59,369 nucleotides of DNA from a virus (taxonomy: Duplodnaviria > Caudoviricetes): positions 1 to 59,369 of IMG/VR virus record IMGVR_UViG_3300010052_000002; one strand, written 5' to 3'. Below, in pieces: positions 1-10,265 of this stretch (position 1 is its first letter; every line of letters begins with the position of its first letter). Made by a program: the position numbers and the translations under genes. The notes beneath the pieces were generated by a model that searched no databases, was not told the DNA's origin, and saw only the letters and a list, made by a program, of their open reading frames with translations.

Positions 1-1
1 A

Positions 2-193
2 AGGCATGCGAGTCTGTATGCCCTGAACATCGTTGGCGGTTTCCGGGACGGCCTGCGCACCACCGGCGGACTTTCCGGGCGTCTTTCCGCGGACAGGATT
101 GGTTGGGTGCCACTGGGATACGCGGACCCGACGAAGGTCGAAGGGGACTGGCTGTTCGGTGCTCGATTCCTTGTCCAGGCACAGGGGATCTGA
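2..193 (+). CDS. C-terminal fragment of putative tail terminator/completion protein (probably continues from 58985..59369)
   Basis: Open frame RHASLYALNIVGG...VQAQGI* ends at TGA 191-193, directly before ATG 194. Confidence 0.55.
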   Translation, partial: RHASLYALNIVGGFRDGLRTTGGLSGRLSADRIGWVPLGYADPTKVEGDWLFGARFLVQAQGI

Positions 194-673
194 ATGGCCG
201 TCCCCATCGTTCGAGCCATCGTGATTGAGCAGTCCGAACTCGTCACGAACCGCAATCACCCCCGATTTGTTCGTGCCGCCTTGGAGCGTGTGGCCCGCTT
301 CCACGTCCGCGAGCGGATGCAGGAGTGGAAGTTTTCGAAGAACCCGCTCACAGCCCCCGGCGGACCCTACGGCTACAAGGCTCGCGGCAAGAAGTACCTA
401 GAGCGGAAGCGGCGGAAGTTCGGCACTGATGCCCCCTGGTATCGCACCGGACGGGCCAAAACGTACCTCGGCCGGAACTACCGCATCACGAAGACCCAAT
501 ACAGCGCGACGCTCTACCTCAAGAACTACTTCCCGATGAAGGACGAAATGCGGGCAGAGCTGGAGTCGATGACGCCGAGCGAGACCCGCGACATGGTCGT
601 CCAGGCTCACGAGTTCTACGCCGAAGAGATCACCAAACCCGAGAACCAACGGAAGCGGAAACGCCGCATTTAA
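194..673 (+). CDS. Putative neck/tail-completion protein
   Basis: Basic 159 aa protein lying between head-tail genes and the tail tube; call is by synteny only. Confidence 0.5.
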   Translation: MAVPIVRAIVIEQSELVTNRNHPRFVRAALERVARFHVRERMQEWKFSKNPLTAPGGPYGYKARGKKYLERKRRKFGTDAPWYRTGRAKTYLGRNYRITKTQYSATLYLKNYFPMKDEMRAELESMTPSETRDMVVQAHEFYAEEITKPENQRKRKRRI

Positions 674-682
674 GGAGCACCG

Positions 683-1621
683 ATGCCAGCAACCCTTTAC
701 GACGCGCTCCTCGGCGCCATCACCCTCCGTCAGTGCACGGCCGCGGAGTTTGCGGCCGGGAACGACATCATCATCGGTCGCCAGTCGGGCGCCCTCGATC
801 CGGATTCGTTCTATGTCCGTTCCGGCCAGCCGCGTTTGTCGTGGACGTCGTTCGACATGGACACGATCTTCGGCAACGGCGGGATCTCGGTCACGGCCGG
901 GCTGAACATCACCTCCGGCAACCTCCGGCTGCATTCGCAGGTGCGGGCCAGCGGCGGGGCGTTCCTCGGCTCGACGAGCCATCAGGTTATCTCTGCCACG
1001 AACACGAACTCGACGAATCGTCGCGGGCTCGTGATCGCGAACAGCTTCGAATGCTCGCAGACCGGCGAAGGCATGTCGGCTCAGTTGTCCGTGATGCCGA
1101 TCTCTGGAACCGGGCTGGCGAATGACCCGCCCATCTCGATTGCGACCAGCCAGTCTCTCCCGTCGAGCGGGTTCAACAACCGCTACTTCCTCGGTCCGGC
1201 ACTGCTGACGCCGGTGGGCGGTGAAGCAACGGAACTGCCGAAGGTGACGAGTTGGACGGTCAGTACCGGCATCGAGACGGAGCCGGAAATGTCGAGCGGG
1301 TCCGTGTGGGCCACTGACGACTACATCATTGCCCGCAACCCGATTATCGAAATCCGGACCCGCGATCAGGCGGCGCTCAACGCCTGGGGACCGCTGTTCA
1401 AGGCCCTCGATGCGGTGACGGTCATTGCCCGGAAGGGCGAGAAGGGCGGAGCCCGCGTCGGCGACGACCAGGACGAGCACATCGCGCTGTCGTTCGGCGG
1501 CTCGATCGTCGACGTCCAGACGCTCTCGGCTCAGGACACGCAGACGGGCGAGGTCGGCATCCGCATCCTCGGCAAGGTCCTGTCTGTCTCTAACACGTAC
1601 ACGATCACGCCCGGCGACTGA
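683..1621 (+). CDS. Putative major tail tube protein
   Basis: Strong RBS (AAGGAG), 312 aa, beta-rich S/T/G composition, two genes upstream of the tape measure. Confidence 0.65.
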   Translation: MPATLYDALLGAITLRQCTAAEFAAGNDIIIGRQSGALDPDSFYVRSGQPRLSWTSFDMDTIFGNGGISVTAGLNITSGNLRLHSQVRASGGAFLGSTSHQVISATNTNSTNRRGLVIANSFECSQTGEGMSAQLSVMPISGTGLANDPPISIATSQSLPSSGFNNRYFLGPALLTPVGGEATELPKVTSWTVSTGIETEPEMSSGSVWATDDYIIARNPIIEIRTRDQAALNAWGPLFKALDAVTVIARKGEKGGARVGDDQDEHIALSFGGSIVDVQTLSAQDTQTGEVGIRILGKVLSVSNTYTITPGD

Positions 1622-2265
1622 TGCACTTTCTGATCTTCGTCCCGCTGACGACCGACGCTCACTCGCTGGAGGCCGTGGGTCTGGAGAGCATTGCGCGCGG
1701 GGCTATGTCGACGACGATCGAGGTCGGCCCCGACGGCCGGCCGGGGACGATGTTCGGCTGGCAGCAAGAGCATCGACCGCCCGTGCTGGCGGTCCAGCCG
1801 AAGGAACAGGAGTGGATACCCGCCTGTGCCGCGCCGGGCTACGAAGCTGGCCGCTACCTCGTCGGGTTCTGGCGGAAGTTCCCGCCGACGCCTGGCGACT
1901 TGCTGCGGCCGCGGAACTACGGCGGGAACGTGGTGGTGCTCGGCGACGGTTACGAATGGCAGGTTCCGAACGTCAGCGACCTGCCGCACGCCTACGCGGT
2001 GGATGAGTCCGGCCGCTGGCGTCTCCGGGCGAAGCGGGCGTTTCGCGAGCTGATCGTCCAGGCTGCCGACATGAACCGCCGGTTCCAGCCGGGCGGGGAA
2101 GGTGTCGAGCAAGACGAAGCGATCAACTTTGCGATGCGGGCGTTGTCGCTGAACTACCGGATGACGCCGGAGGTGGCGAGCTATCGGGAACTGTGGACGA
2201 ACGGGAACAAGGGGACGTTGCAGTGCTGCTTTGAGCTTTGCGTCGGTGCCGGGGAGGAAGCCTGA
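1621..2265 (+). CDS. Putative tail assembly chaperone
   Basis: Between tube and tape measure, with TGATG coupling on both sides. Confidence 0.45.
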   Translation: MHFLIFVPLTTDAHSLEAVGLESIARGAMSTTIEVGPDGRPGTMFGWQQEHRPPVLAVQPKEQEWIPACAAPGYEAGRYLVGFWRKFPPTPGDLLRPRNYGGNVVVLGDGYEWQVPNVSDLPHAYAVDESGRWRLRAKRAFRELIVQAADMNRRFQPGGEGVEQDEAINFAMRALSLNYRMTPEVASYRELWTNGNKGTLQCCFELCVGAGEEA

Positions 2266-4766
2266 TGTCCACCGACACGGCGCGAATCAAATGGGTGTCC
2301 GACTCTGCCCAGATGCAGGCGGACTACGACAAGCTGGCCGCGAAGGTCGCGAAGCAAGACCAGATGCTGGCGCGGCTGAAGAAGTCGACCCGGGACGTCG
2401 GCGACGCCAGTTCCAGGATGACGGGCGGAGCAAAGCAGGCGCTCGACCAGGCGACGACGGCGGCGGAGAAGTATCGGCAGACGATGGCCGCGCTCCGCGC
2501 TCAGGTCGACGCCGGAACCCTGTCAACGGAGAAGTACGCCAAGGCTCGCCTGGCGGCACAGGCGACGTTCAAGGCCACGGATGGGGCCAGCATTGCGAAG
2601 GCTGCGGCGGCCGCAAAGAAGGCTGCTGACGAGCAGGCAGCCGCTGCCCAGCGTCAAGCGGCGGCCGCAAAGGTTGTCGATGCCGCTCAAGAGGAGGCCA
2701 ACAACGCTCTGCGGGCCGGGGCGGCGATCTTTGCCAAGACGAGGACGGAAGCGGAGAAGTACGCGGCGGAACTGGCTCACCTGAACGAACTCAAGAAACT
2801 CGGGGCCATCGACGACGACACGCACAGTCGCGCAAAGGCCGCGCTCGATTCGAACAGCCCGGAAGCCCAAGAGCGAGCCGCTGCCGCCATCAAGGCGAAG
2901 GCGGAGGCCACGCGACAGGCGGACGAGGCGCAGGAGGCGTGGAACTCTTCCGTGCGGGAGGCGAAGGCGATTGCCGACGCCCACGCGACCGCGGAGGAAC
3001 GGCACGCCGCTGAACTGGCGAAGCTGAATCGGCTCCGGCAGGACGGAACGCTGGAGGAAAAGCATTACGCCCGTGCGGTTGCCGCCGCCGATGAGCGCCT
3101 GAAGGAAGCCACCAAGGACACGAAGGCTCTGGCGGAAGCGGAGCGGGCCGAGAACAAGGCCAAGGCGGAAGCGGAGGCGATCACCAACCGGAACAAGACG
3201 GCCGTCGAGCGCCACGCCGAAGGACTGAAGGCAGCGAAAAAGGCGTACGACAGCAACCGCATCTCGCTCCAAACGTACAACCGGGAGGTTGCACGCCTCG
3301 ACGCTGAACTCGGCAAGACGAAAGGCGGTCTCAGCAGCTTCCTCGAGACTGCCGCGAAGCTCGGAGCGGTGGCGACGGCCGTCAAAGTGGTCGGTGCAGC
3401 CCTCGCACAAGAGGCTGACGTGCAGAGGGTTCGGGACCGTCAAGCGGCTGACGAACACGTTTCGTACGGCGAAGTTCTCGGTCGGACGATCAACAACTTC
3501 ACGGCCGACAAGACGGTCGGACAGGACCAGCTCGACGAGCGGTTCGCTGGCATCCAGGAACGGCAGAAGGTCCGCGACCGGAAGGCAATTGCCCGCGTGG
3601 CTGCAGAGGCGTTCTCTGCTCAAGGCTCACTCACGAACGATCAGGCTCTGCAGTTCGTCGAGTCCGGGTTCAAGTACGCCCCTGACGATGAGGCGACGGC
3701 GAACACGTTTACGACGCGGTCTCTCGACGTCGCCAAGGCCACAGGCGTCACCGACCCCAAGGCGATCATGGGCTTCCTGTCGCAAGCCCAGAAGGCGGCT
3801 CGTGTCGGCGACATCACTGCCCTTGGAAAGCAGGGCGTTCAAGCGATGCTCGGCGCGCAGGTCCATGGTGCGACTCCAGAGCAGTCGGCCGAACTGTTCT
3901 CGACGCTCAACTCGCTGATGGTCGATGTCGAGGGTGCGAACAGTAAGACGGCAATGCTGCAGCTGACCAGTCAGTTGATGGACCCGACGGAAATCAAGAA
4001 AGCGGGGTTCTCCAAGCAGTTCGAGGGCAAGGGGCTGATGGAGCGAATCGAGATGCTCCAGGCGGACCCCCAGCTGGCCGACAAATTCATGCAGGCGAAG
4101 GGGATCAGTTTCGAGGCTGCAGCAAAACCGTTCATCGGCCAGTTCCTCCGCGGCGACGCCACGGCGATGAAGGAATATCGAGCCATTCAGGATGCGATTC
4201 CGGCCCTGGATGCGAATGCAGCCAAAGACTTCGACAAGATGATTGCCGAGCGTGGCGAAGATCCGTTCGTCAAGTTGGCTGCAACCGACCGCGCGCGGGA
4301 GGCGAATCAGCAGGCGGAAGACCTGACCAACCGCCGCCAAGAGGCAATCACAGGTGAGGCCGACCGGATCTTCCAGGAGACCATCGAGAAGATCAATCTG
4401 CCCGGCTTCGACGAATCTCCCGGCATGTGGATCCCCGGCCAGCGGGAGATCATGAAGCGGAACGTCGACATCAACCGGAACATGAAGGGGAAGGGCGGCG
4501 CGGGAAGTGTTAAGGCCACGATGGAGATGATGGCCGAAGGCGGGATGTTCTCGGAACTCGGTGGCACGTTAGCGCAGGGTGACAAGGACTACCTCTTGAA
4601 GCAGCTCGTGGAGATCAACAAGCTCCAGCTTGAGGAAGCGAAGTTGGCTCGCGAGCGGGAAAAGAGGCAAGCCCCCCCGTCCCCGCCTCCGCCTCCGCCC
4701 CCCGCCGCTCCCGGCCAGCCCCTTCTTAACGGCGGCAACCCCGCCCTCGCGGGGGCTCCGCAATGA
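2265..4766 (+). CDS. Tail tape measure protein
   Basis: 833 aa, Ala/Lys/Glu-rich helical protein; four T.AE(K/R)(Y/H)...L...G..... type repeats; poly-Pro C-terminus; ATG overlaps the upstream TGA. Confidence 0.85.
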   Translation: MSTDTARIKWVSDSAQMQADYDKLAAKVAKQDQMLARLKKSTRDVGDASSRMTGGAKQALDQATTAAEKYRQTMAALRAQVDAGTLSTEKYAKARLAAQATFKATDGASIAKAAAAAKKAADEQAAAAQRQAAAAKVVDAAQEEANNALRAGAAIFAKTRTEAEKYAAELAHLNELKKLGAIDDDTHSRAKAALDSNSPEAQERAAAAIKAKAEATRQADEAQEAWNSSVREAKAIADAHATAEERHAAELAKLNRLRQDGTLEEKHYARAVAAADERLKEATKDTKALAEAERAENKAKAEAEAITNRNKTAVERHAEGLKAAKKAYDSNRISLQTYNREVARLDAELGKTKGGLSSFLETAAKLGAVATAVKVVGAALAQEADVQRVRDRQAADEHVSYGEVLGRTINNFTADKTVGQDQLDERFAGIQERQKVRDRKAIARVAAEAFSAQGSLTNDQALQFVESGFKYAPDDEATANTFTTRSLDVAKATGVTDPKAIMGFLSQAQKAARVGDITALGKQGVQAMLGAQVHGATPEQSAELFSTLNSLMVDVEGANSKTAMLQLTSQLMDPTEIKKAGFSKQFEGKGLMERIEMLQADPQLADKFMQAKGISFEAAAKPFIGQFLRGDATAMKEYRAIQDAIPALDANAAKDFDKMIAERGEDPFVKLAATDRAREANQQAEDLTNRRQEAITGEADRIFQETIEKINLPGFDESPGMWIPGQREIMKRNVDINRNMKGKGGAGSVKATMEMMAEGGMFSELGGTLAQGDKDYLLKQLVEINKLQLEEAKLAREREKRQAPPSPPPPPPPAAPGQPLLNGGNPALAGAPQ

Positions 4767-5176
4767 TCGTCCAAGACGGCTACACGTTCCCTGTCGCGGT
4801 GCACGGAAAGATGCAACAGGGGTCGCCGCCGGAGATTGGCCTGCAGGTGACGCGGTTCGCCGGCTGTCCGGGCGAGTCGCACATCGTCTCCCCGGCCGGC
4901 GGTCGCGATCTGTTCCTGACGGCGGTGTTTCGGAACTCGATTACGGCGATGAACACGTTCAACGTCGGGTTGGCGAACGTCAACACAAAGGTGGATGAGC
5001 CACTGACGGGCCGGGTGACGGTGACGATCGGGGCGGACGAAGAGTCCTTCGACAAATGCACGTTTATGGGCTTCACGCCTGACGGACCGCAGTGGTTTGA
5101 GCCGCACTACGGGTGGATGGTCCGGGGCGTTCTTCGCTGGCGGCAGCGCGACCCAAACACAATTCCTGAGGAGTGA
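4763..5176 (+). CDS. Putative distal tail protein
   Basis: Immediately follows the tape measure with ATGA overlap; beta-rich. Confidence 0.5.
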   Translation: MIVQDGYTFPVAVHGKMQQGSPPEIGLQVTRFAGCPGESHIVSPAGGRDLFLTAVFRNSITAMNTFNVGLANVNTKVDEPLTGRVTVTIGADEESFDKCTFMGFTPDGPQWFEPHYGWMVRGVLRWRQRDPNTIPEE

Positions 5177-5454
5177 GAACGATGAAACCTGAACTGCGGA
5201 AGACGCTCATCGGCCAGATTGATAGGGCCCTGAAGGACAACCCCAAGGCCGACTGCGACGCATCGTTCGCGGCGGCTGGCCACGTCGAGGGCAAGGACCC
5301 GCACGTCAACCTGACGAACTGGCGGAGGCTGTTCTTCGAACGTCGTGCGGCCCTGACGAAGCCGCCCGCACCGAAGAGCGAGCCCGCTCCCCCGGCCCCT
5401 CCGGCCGATCCTGCGGAGTCCACGGAAGCCACGGAACCGAAAGCCAACAAGTAA
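5173..5454 (+). CDS. Hypothetical protein with Pro-rich C-terminus
   Basis: Coupled ORF in the tail operon, GAGGAG RBS. Confidence 0.6.
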   Translation: MRTMKPELRKTLIGQIDRALKDNPKADCDASFAAAGHVEGKDPHVNLTNWRRLFFERRAALTKPPAPKSEPAPPAPPADPAESTEATEPKANK

Positions 5455-5457
5455 CCC

Positions 5458-6099
5458 ATGCCCCCCGAAGCTCTCCTCTCTGGCGTTCGTCCGACTCGCT
5501 CCTCGTGGGTGAGCCGTGGGACGCTGCAGGTGCGATTTGAGTCGATCTACACGGACCGGCTCTATCACCTGTACGCCGGCCGGGAGAAGGTCGGGCAGAC
5601 CTCCGCCGTCGGGGAACGGGTCATCACGGCGCGGCTCAAGCCGTCGCGGTGGCCGGCTCGCCTGACGCTCCTGGCGGTCCTGCCGTCTGTGAGCAACCGC
5701 GACTTCGGCGACCAGCTACCGCCTCGCGCGTACAACGCTCCGCGGATCCGGTTCACGGCGTCGGGCGAGAGTTGGGCGACGGCGAAGACGCTGGAGGTCC
5801 TAACGAGCGCCGCACCGGGCGATCCAATCGGGGAGGGCGTGGAACGGGCCCGAGCTGTGTTTGAGTGGCAGGGCGAATACGTGCTGCCCCTTCGGCCGCT
5901 GCCTGGATCCGGCTACTGGCCGGTGCGGGTTCAGGGACGGGATAACGCCCCGCCGACGGGCAACGTGGGGGCCGCTGCCGAGACGGTGGTACGTGTCGCC
6001 GCTCATCCGCCGGATCTCGTCCCGGTCAGCAGTTCGCGTCGCTTCGCGATCTCGGTGGCCGGGGGCGTGGCGACGATTGAATGCGAGATTGGAAGTTGA
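5458..6099 (+). CDS. Putative tail protein (Ig/FN3-like beta sandwich)
   Basis: Tail operon position and beta-strand pattern. Confidence 0.5.
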   Translation: MPPEALLSGVRPTRSSWVSRGTLQVRFESIYTDRLYHLYAGREKVGQTSAVGERVITARLKPSRWPARLTLLAVLPSVSNRDFGDQLPPRAYNAPRIRFTASGESWATAKTLEVLTSAAPGDPIGEGVERARAVFEWQGEYVLPLRPLPGSGYWPVRVQGRDNAPPTGNVGAAAETVVRVAAHPPDLVPVSSSRRFAISVAGGVATIECEIGS

Positions 6100-6124
6100 A
6101 CTGTCTTTGTGAAAGGAGAGTCGA

Positions 6125-6343
6125 GTGGTCATCAATGTTTCAGGCCCGGCAACCATCACTGACGGTTGCTGCCAGGATCCGCCGGACACCGGCGGTTCGT
6201 TCAATGTGCGGGTGAAGTTCCTGAACACTCAGGACGCCGGACACGTCTCCGGTCCGTTCTCGCGTTCCGAGGCAGGCAAGGCGGCAATCGCCGCACTCAG
6301 CCGCGCGGAAGTCCAGTCGGCCACGATTGAGGAGGTGGTGTAA
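6125..6343 (+). CDS. Hypothetical protein
   Basis: AAGGAG RBS before GTG; in operon. Confidence 0.55.
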   Translation: MVINVSGPATITDGCCQDPPDTGGSFNVRVKFLNTQDAGHVSGPFSRSEAGKAAIAALSRAEVQSATIEEVV

Positions 6344-6345
6344 TC

Positions 6346-6654
6346 ATGGCAGAGCTCTCCGAAGTCTGGACCCTGCTGAACGAAGCGTCCTTCCACGAGA
6401 AGGCGACGGCCGCAGCCCTGTCGCTCGCTCGTGACGTGAACAACGAAGAGGTCGAAACCGAGAACCATGCCAATCGGCTGAAGTGGGCCAAGGCCGTTCT
6501 CGCGAATCCCGTCGGCATGGGAACGGTGTGCAAGAACGCCGTCCTGTCGCGCTGGGGCGACGAGAAGACCGTCGAGCAACTGAACGCCCTGACGGACGCC
6601 GACATCAAGGCGGCCATCAGCGTCAACATCAACGTCCTTGCAGACGGAACCTGA
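6346..6654 (+). CDS. Hypothetical virion-associated protein
   Basis: GGAGGT RBS; helical 102 aa. Confidence 0.65.
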   Translation: MAELSEVWTLLNEASFHEKATAAALSLARDVNNEEVETENHANRLKWAKAVLANPVGMGTVCKNAVLSRWGDEKTVEQLNALTDADIKAAISVNINVLADGT

Positions 6655-6658
6655 TCCC

Positions 6659-7117
6659 ATGCTCGCGCCTGAGCTGAAGGCCCTGCTCCTCGCCGAACTC
6701 CGCAGCCCGGTTTATGCCGGGTTGTCGGAGTCGGAGGCGTTTGGGCGACTGAACGACCCGCAGCCGGTGACTGGGACGCGGGCAAAGCCGCTGACGGTCG
6801 CTGGCGTTATGTCCCTGCTGTCTCCGGCATCGGTTGCGAAGCTGTTGCCGCTCCCGTGCCTCATTGACGTGCGGGACAAGATCCAGGGGCAGGACCGTGA
6901 TGGCGTCGCCTTGTGGGCGCAGGTGCTCGCGATGGGAGCGGTCATCACGGCGGAGGAAGCCGGATCCGTCGTTGCGTCGCTGGAAGCTACGGAGGTGGTC
7001 GACGCCGGCACGTTGCCGCCTCGCATCAACACGGAGTTCGGCGGCGTTCCCGGCATGCCGAACCGCCTGAAGCCGGAAGTGTTCGCCGAACTGTGGGCGG
7101 AGGTGGCGCATGGCTAA
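6659..7117 (+). CDS. Hypothetical virion-associated protein
   Basis: ATG 6659 just after the upstream stop; overlaps the next gene. Confidence 0.65.
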   Translation: MLAPELKALLLAELRSPVYAGLSESEAFGRLNDPQPVTGTRAKPLTVAGVMSLLSPASVAKLLPLPCLIDVRDKIQGQDRDGVALWAQVLAMGAVITAEEAGSVVASLEATEVVDAGTLPPRINTEFGGVPGMPNRLKPEVFAELWAEVAHG

Positions 7118-7658
7118 GACGGTTGGACATTTTCAGGGTACACCCATCGTCTGGGGAGGCGCTGGGGCGCTGGTCCGCGGACAAAGCGTTCTGAAGACGC
7201 TCACACTCGATGCCCTCGCCAGCGGCTCTGGCCGAATGGGCGAATACGTCGACCTGCAGATCACGGTCAACGGCCAATCCCTGCTGCCGACGTTTTGCGC
7301 CGTCCTGTTCGCCGTCGAAACCGGGACGGCGCCCACGGCAGGCAACACGGCTGAGGCGTATCTGTCGGAGTCGGGCACCACGTCGAATTTCCCGGGCAAG
7401 GTGACAGGGGCCGACGCTGCGTATCCGACGACAGTCGCCGCGAACAAACTGCAACTCGGAATCCCTGCGTCGGTCCTCATCGCCACGAACGACGGCAACA
7501 CTGTCCTGTTCCAGGCGTCCCAAATCTGGACGCCCTCCTGTCGCTACGTTGCTCCCGTCGTCGTGAACCTGCTCGGTCAGGCTTTCCGGGACGAGACGAC
7601 GAACAGCGACAACAACTCGGGCATCGTCCTCATCCCGTACTACCCGGTGATCGCCTGA
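7110..7658 (+). CDS. Putative virion structural protein (beta-rich)
   Basis: GGAGG RBS; coupled to the LamG gene. Confidence 0.6.
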   Translation: MAKTVGHFQGTPIVWGGAGALVRGQSVLKTLTLDALASGSGRMGEYVDLQITVNGQSLLPTFCAVLFAVETGTAPTAGNTAEAYLSESGTTSNFPGKVTGADAAYPTTVAANKLQLGIPASVLIATNDGNTVLFQASQIWTPSCRYVAPVVVNLLGQAFRDETTNSDNNSGIVLIPYYPVIA

Positions 7659-8428
7659 TGCCCGCCGTCTCCCCCTATTTCCGCCGCAAGCTCGGCCAGC
7701 CGAAGTATCCCGGCCTGTGGGAGGGGTGCGCCTGGGCAGCCTGTCCGTCGGTGATGGGGCCTTGCGGTGAAACGCTGTTCGACCTTAGTGGCCGCGGGAA
7801 TCACGGCTCGCTGTCAGGCTTCACCCTGTCCGGTGCAGTGGCGATGAGCGGCGGCAGGTACTCACTCGTCCTGCCAGGCAATCGGTACATTCAAGCAGCC
7901 TCTCCGGTCTTTCAGTATCCGGTCAGCCTGGCGGCCTGGGTGAGGCCAACTGCCACTCCCGCGACTGTGCAGCGAGTGCTGTGTGTGGCTCAAAGCGCGG
8001 CAGTGGGACCGCTCCTGTCCATCCACATCAACGGCGCCGCCTTTGTCGCTCAGGCTTTCGGGGGCGGAACTGGCGACGCTCAGGGCGGCACGGTCACTGC
8101 GGGTGAGTGGCATCACATCGCAGGCGTCTTCGGACCAAGCAGCCAGGTGCTCTACGTTAACGGAATTCAGGCAGCCGCCACGTCGGTGGCTGTGTCCATT
8201 GCTGGGGTTAACGAGATTCAGGTCGGGGCGCTGGAGTTCGCAACAGGCATCCAGTATCTGACGGGCAACGTGGACGACCTTCGGGTCTATGGCCGTTACC
8301 TGTCTGCGGGTGAGATTCGTCTGCTGGCCCAATCCAGGGGAGTGGCGTACGACGTGTCGCCGCCCGTGTATGCCGATCCGCTGACAACCACTCTCCTCAA
8401 GCAACGCCGGGAGGCTGTCGTATGTTGA
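7658..8428 (+). CDS. LamG/concanavalin-A-like jellyroll protein (putative receptor-binding or decoration protein)
   Basis: Motifs DLSGRGNHG, SLAAWVRP, WHHIAGV, LYVNG, GNVDDLRVY.R.LS. Confidence 0.85.
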   Translation: MPAVSPYFRRKLGQPKYPGLWEGCAWAACPSVMGPCGETLFDLSGRGNHGSLSGFTLSGAVAMSGGRYSLVLPGNRYIQAASPVFQYPVSLAAWVRPTATPATVQRVLCVAQSAAVGPLLSIHINGAAFVAQAFGGGTGDAQGGTVTAGEWHHIAGVFGPSSQVLYVNGIQAAATSVAVSIAGVNEIQVGALEFATGIQYLTGNVDDLRVYGRYLSAGEIRLLAQSRGVAYDVSPPVYADPLTTTLLKQRREAVVC

Positions 8429-9141
8429 GCCTCGCAATCGGGGTATCGAATCCCCAAGTTATTGGCAGCCTGATTGACGATGAGGGACTTGCGGTCACTG
8501 GCGTCCTGGCATCTGCCATGCCGACGCTTTCGTGGGCAAAGGCCGGCGGGGTGGTTTCCATCATTTCGCTGTCTGATCTTGTGGCAGCTGATTCCGCGTG
8601 GACGCCGGGCGGCGTCATCCATCTTGGCGGTGGGCGTTATCGCCTGAACCTGCCGGTTGAACTGGTTGCAGCCGAAGGTATCTACGAAGTGTGGGGCGAG
8701 GAGGCTGGAAAACACTTCATCTGCCCGCCGATTCAGGTTGGGCTGCAGGATGCAATCACCACGGCACTTGTTGGTGCGGCGACACAGCCCTATTCCTCTC
8801 ATGCCCCGCAGCGGGTGGTCGGCACGAAGCTCACCGCATTTCTCGGCGAGGACTCGGACGTCTCGATTACCGTCACCTGCTACGACGCGGACAAGAACCT
8901 GCTCGACCTCACCGGCCGGTCACTCGCGCTCTACGTCGCGGCCGCCAGCGATCCCGACACGCCGCTTGCGCCACCGCAGGAATTCACCGGCAGCGGGTCG
9001 ACGTTCGACCTGACTCTGAACCTGGCGTTCACGGCCGCAGAAGCCATCGACGGGCAGGCTCATTTCTGGTCGCTCCGTGACGGGACGGAGGTCGTCCAGC
9101 ACGGGCGACTTGAAGTCAAGAAAACAGCGAGGTCTGCATGA
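8422..9141 (+). CDS. Putative tail/baseplate-associated protein
   Basis: Tail operon; C-terminal DLTG.S...W.LRD...G.LEV pattern reminiscent of BppU-like domains. Confidence 0.5.
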   Translation: MLSLAIGVSNPQVIGSLIDDEGLAVTGVLASAMPTLSWAKAGGVVSIISLSDLVAADSAWTPGGVIHLGGGRYRLNLPVELVAAEGIYEVWGEEAGKHFICPPIQVGLQDAITTALVGAATQPYSSHAPQRVVGTKLTAFLGEDSDVSITVTCYDADKNLLDLTGRSLALYVAAASDPDTPLAPPQEFTGSGSTFDLTLNLAFTAAEAIDGQAHFWSLRDGTEVVQHGRLEVKKTARSA

Positions 9142-10265
9142 ACGTCGAGCACTTCACCTTCAATCACACTGGCGCGGCCGCCCTGCGGTTCTTCGATCCG
9201 TCGAATGACAAGGTTCTCGATTTCAACGACGAAACGTGGAAGCTCATCGCATCCGCGACGACACCGTACATCAGCATGACCGCCCCGGGCGCGGCCAACC
9301 TGGGGACCGGCCGGCAACTGAACCGTTTGGCGTTCAACCTTGCCCGCCTCCACCGCGGTCCGCTGCCGAAGAAGTTCTGGGTGGGCAAATACGACGGGGC
9401 GACCCCGGCCGCAACCGTCAACCCGACCGAGGGCGAAGAGATCACCGTCCAACTTGGGCAGTTCGGGGACGCCCCGCTCTCTGTCGAGACCCGCATGTCT
9501 TGTCGGACTCTCGACGGCTACGCGATCCAACTGACGGCTGGCCTCAAGCGCAACGGGCGGCCCGCGAACCTGATGGCCTGTGGACGCGCGATGTTCACCG
9601 CGAACGCCGGGACGGACGTCATCACGTCGGCCGGGCACGGGCTCAGCGATGGCGACTTCGTTTGCTTCCACACGATTGTCGGCACCCTGCCGGGCGGAAT
9701 CAGCGCCAACACGGCCTACGAAGTCAGTGACGCGACGACGGACACGTTCAAGCTGGTCGGCGTCGACATCAGCAGCACCGGCACGGCCCCGAACTATTGG
9801 GACGCTCCGTCGGTCACGTTCACTGTCCGCGAACACGGCAGCGACGTCGCGTCGTTCACAAAGACCCTGACAGCCGCGGCGATCCGGGGGAACCAGTTCG
9901 AGGGCGAGACGCCGGAGGGGACTGCCTTCACGGTCGACGCCGGTACGGACACGATCGAGTCCACGGCCCACGGACTCAGTAACGGCAATCAGATTGCGGT
10001 CGCGACCGGAGCTGGAGGAACGCTCCCGGATGGCCTGGCTGAAGATGCGACCTACCACGTCGTCAACGCGGGGACGGACGACTTTCAGGTCGCACTCACG
10101 CCCGGCGGGGATCCGGTCGAGATCAACGACGCGGGGACGGGAGTGCACAAGTGGGTTCCGGCGACGGCGATGCTCACGCCGGACCGCCAGCACCAGGTCA
10201 AGGTGTCGATGACGCTGGCTGGGGAGACGATCGAAGACGACTGGCGGGAGTTGGTGATCGGATGA
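9138..10265 (+). CDS. Tail protein with two FT...GTD.I....HGLS.G...GTLP.G repeats
   Basis: Internal duplication visible in the translation (FTANAGTDVITSAGHGLSDG and FTVDAGTDTIESTAHGLSNG). Confidence 0.7.
   Translation: MNVEHFTFNHTGAAALRFFDPSNDKVLDFNDETWKLIASATTPYISMTAPGAANLGTGRQLNRLAFNLARLHRGPLPKKFWVGKYDGATPAATVNPTEGEEITVQLGQFGDAPLSVETRMSCRTLDGYAIQLTAGLKRNGRPANLMACGRAMFTANAGTDVITSAGHGLSDGDFVCFHTIVGTLPGGISANTAYEVSDATTDTFKLVGVDISSTGTAPNYWDAPSVTFTVREHGSDVASFTKTLTAAAIRGNQFEGETPEGTAFTVDAGTDTIESTAHGLSNGNQIAVATGAGGTLPDGLAEDATYHVVNAGTDDFQVALTPGGDPVEINDAGTGVHKWVPATAMLTPDRQHQVKVSMTLAGETIEDDWRELVIG

Noticed and set aside
4670-4715. C-rich low-complexity tract as a regulatory repeat
   Set aside because: Explained by poly-proline codons at the tape measure C-terminus.
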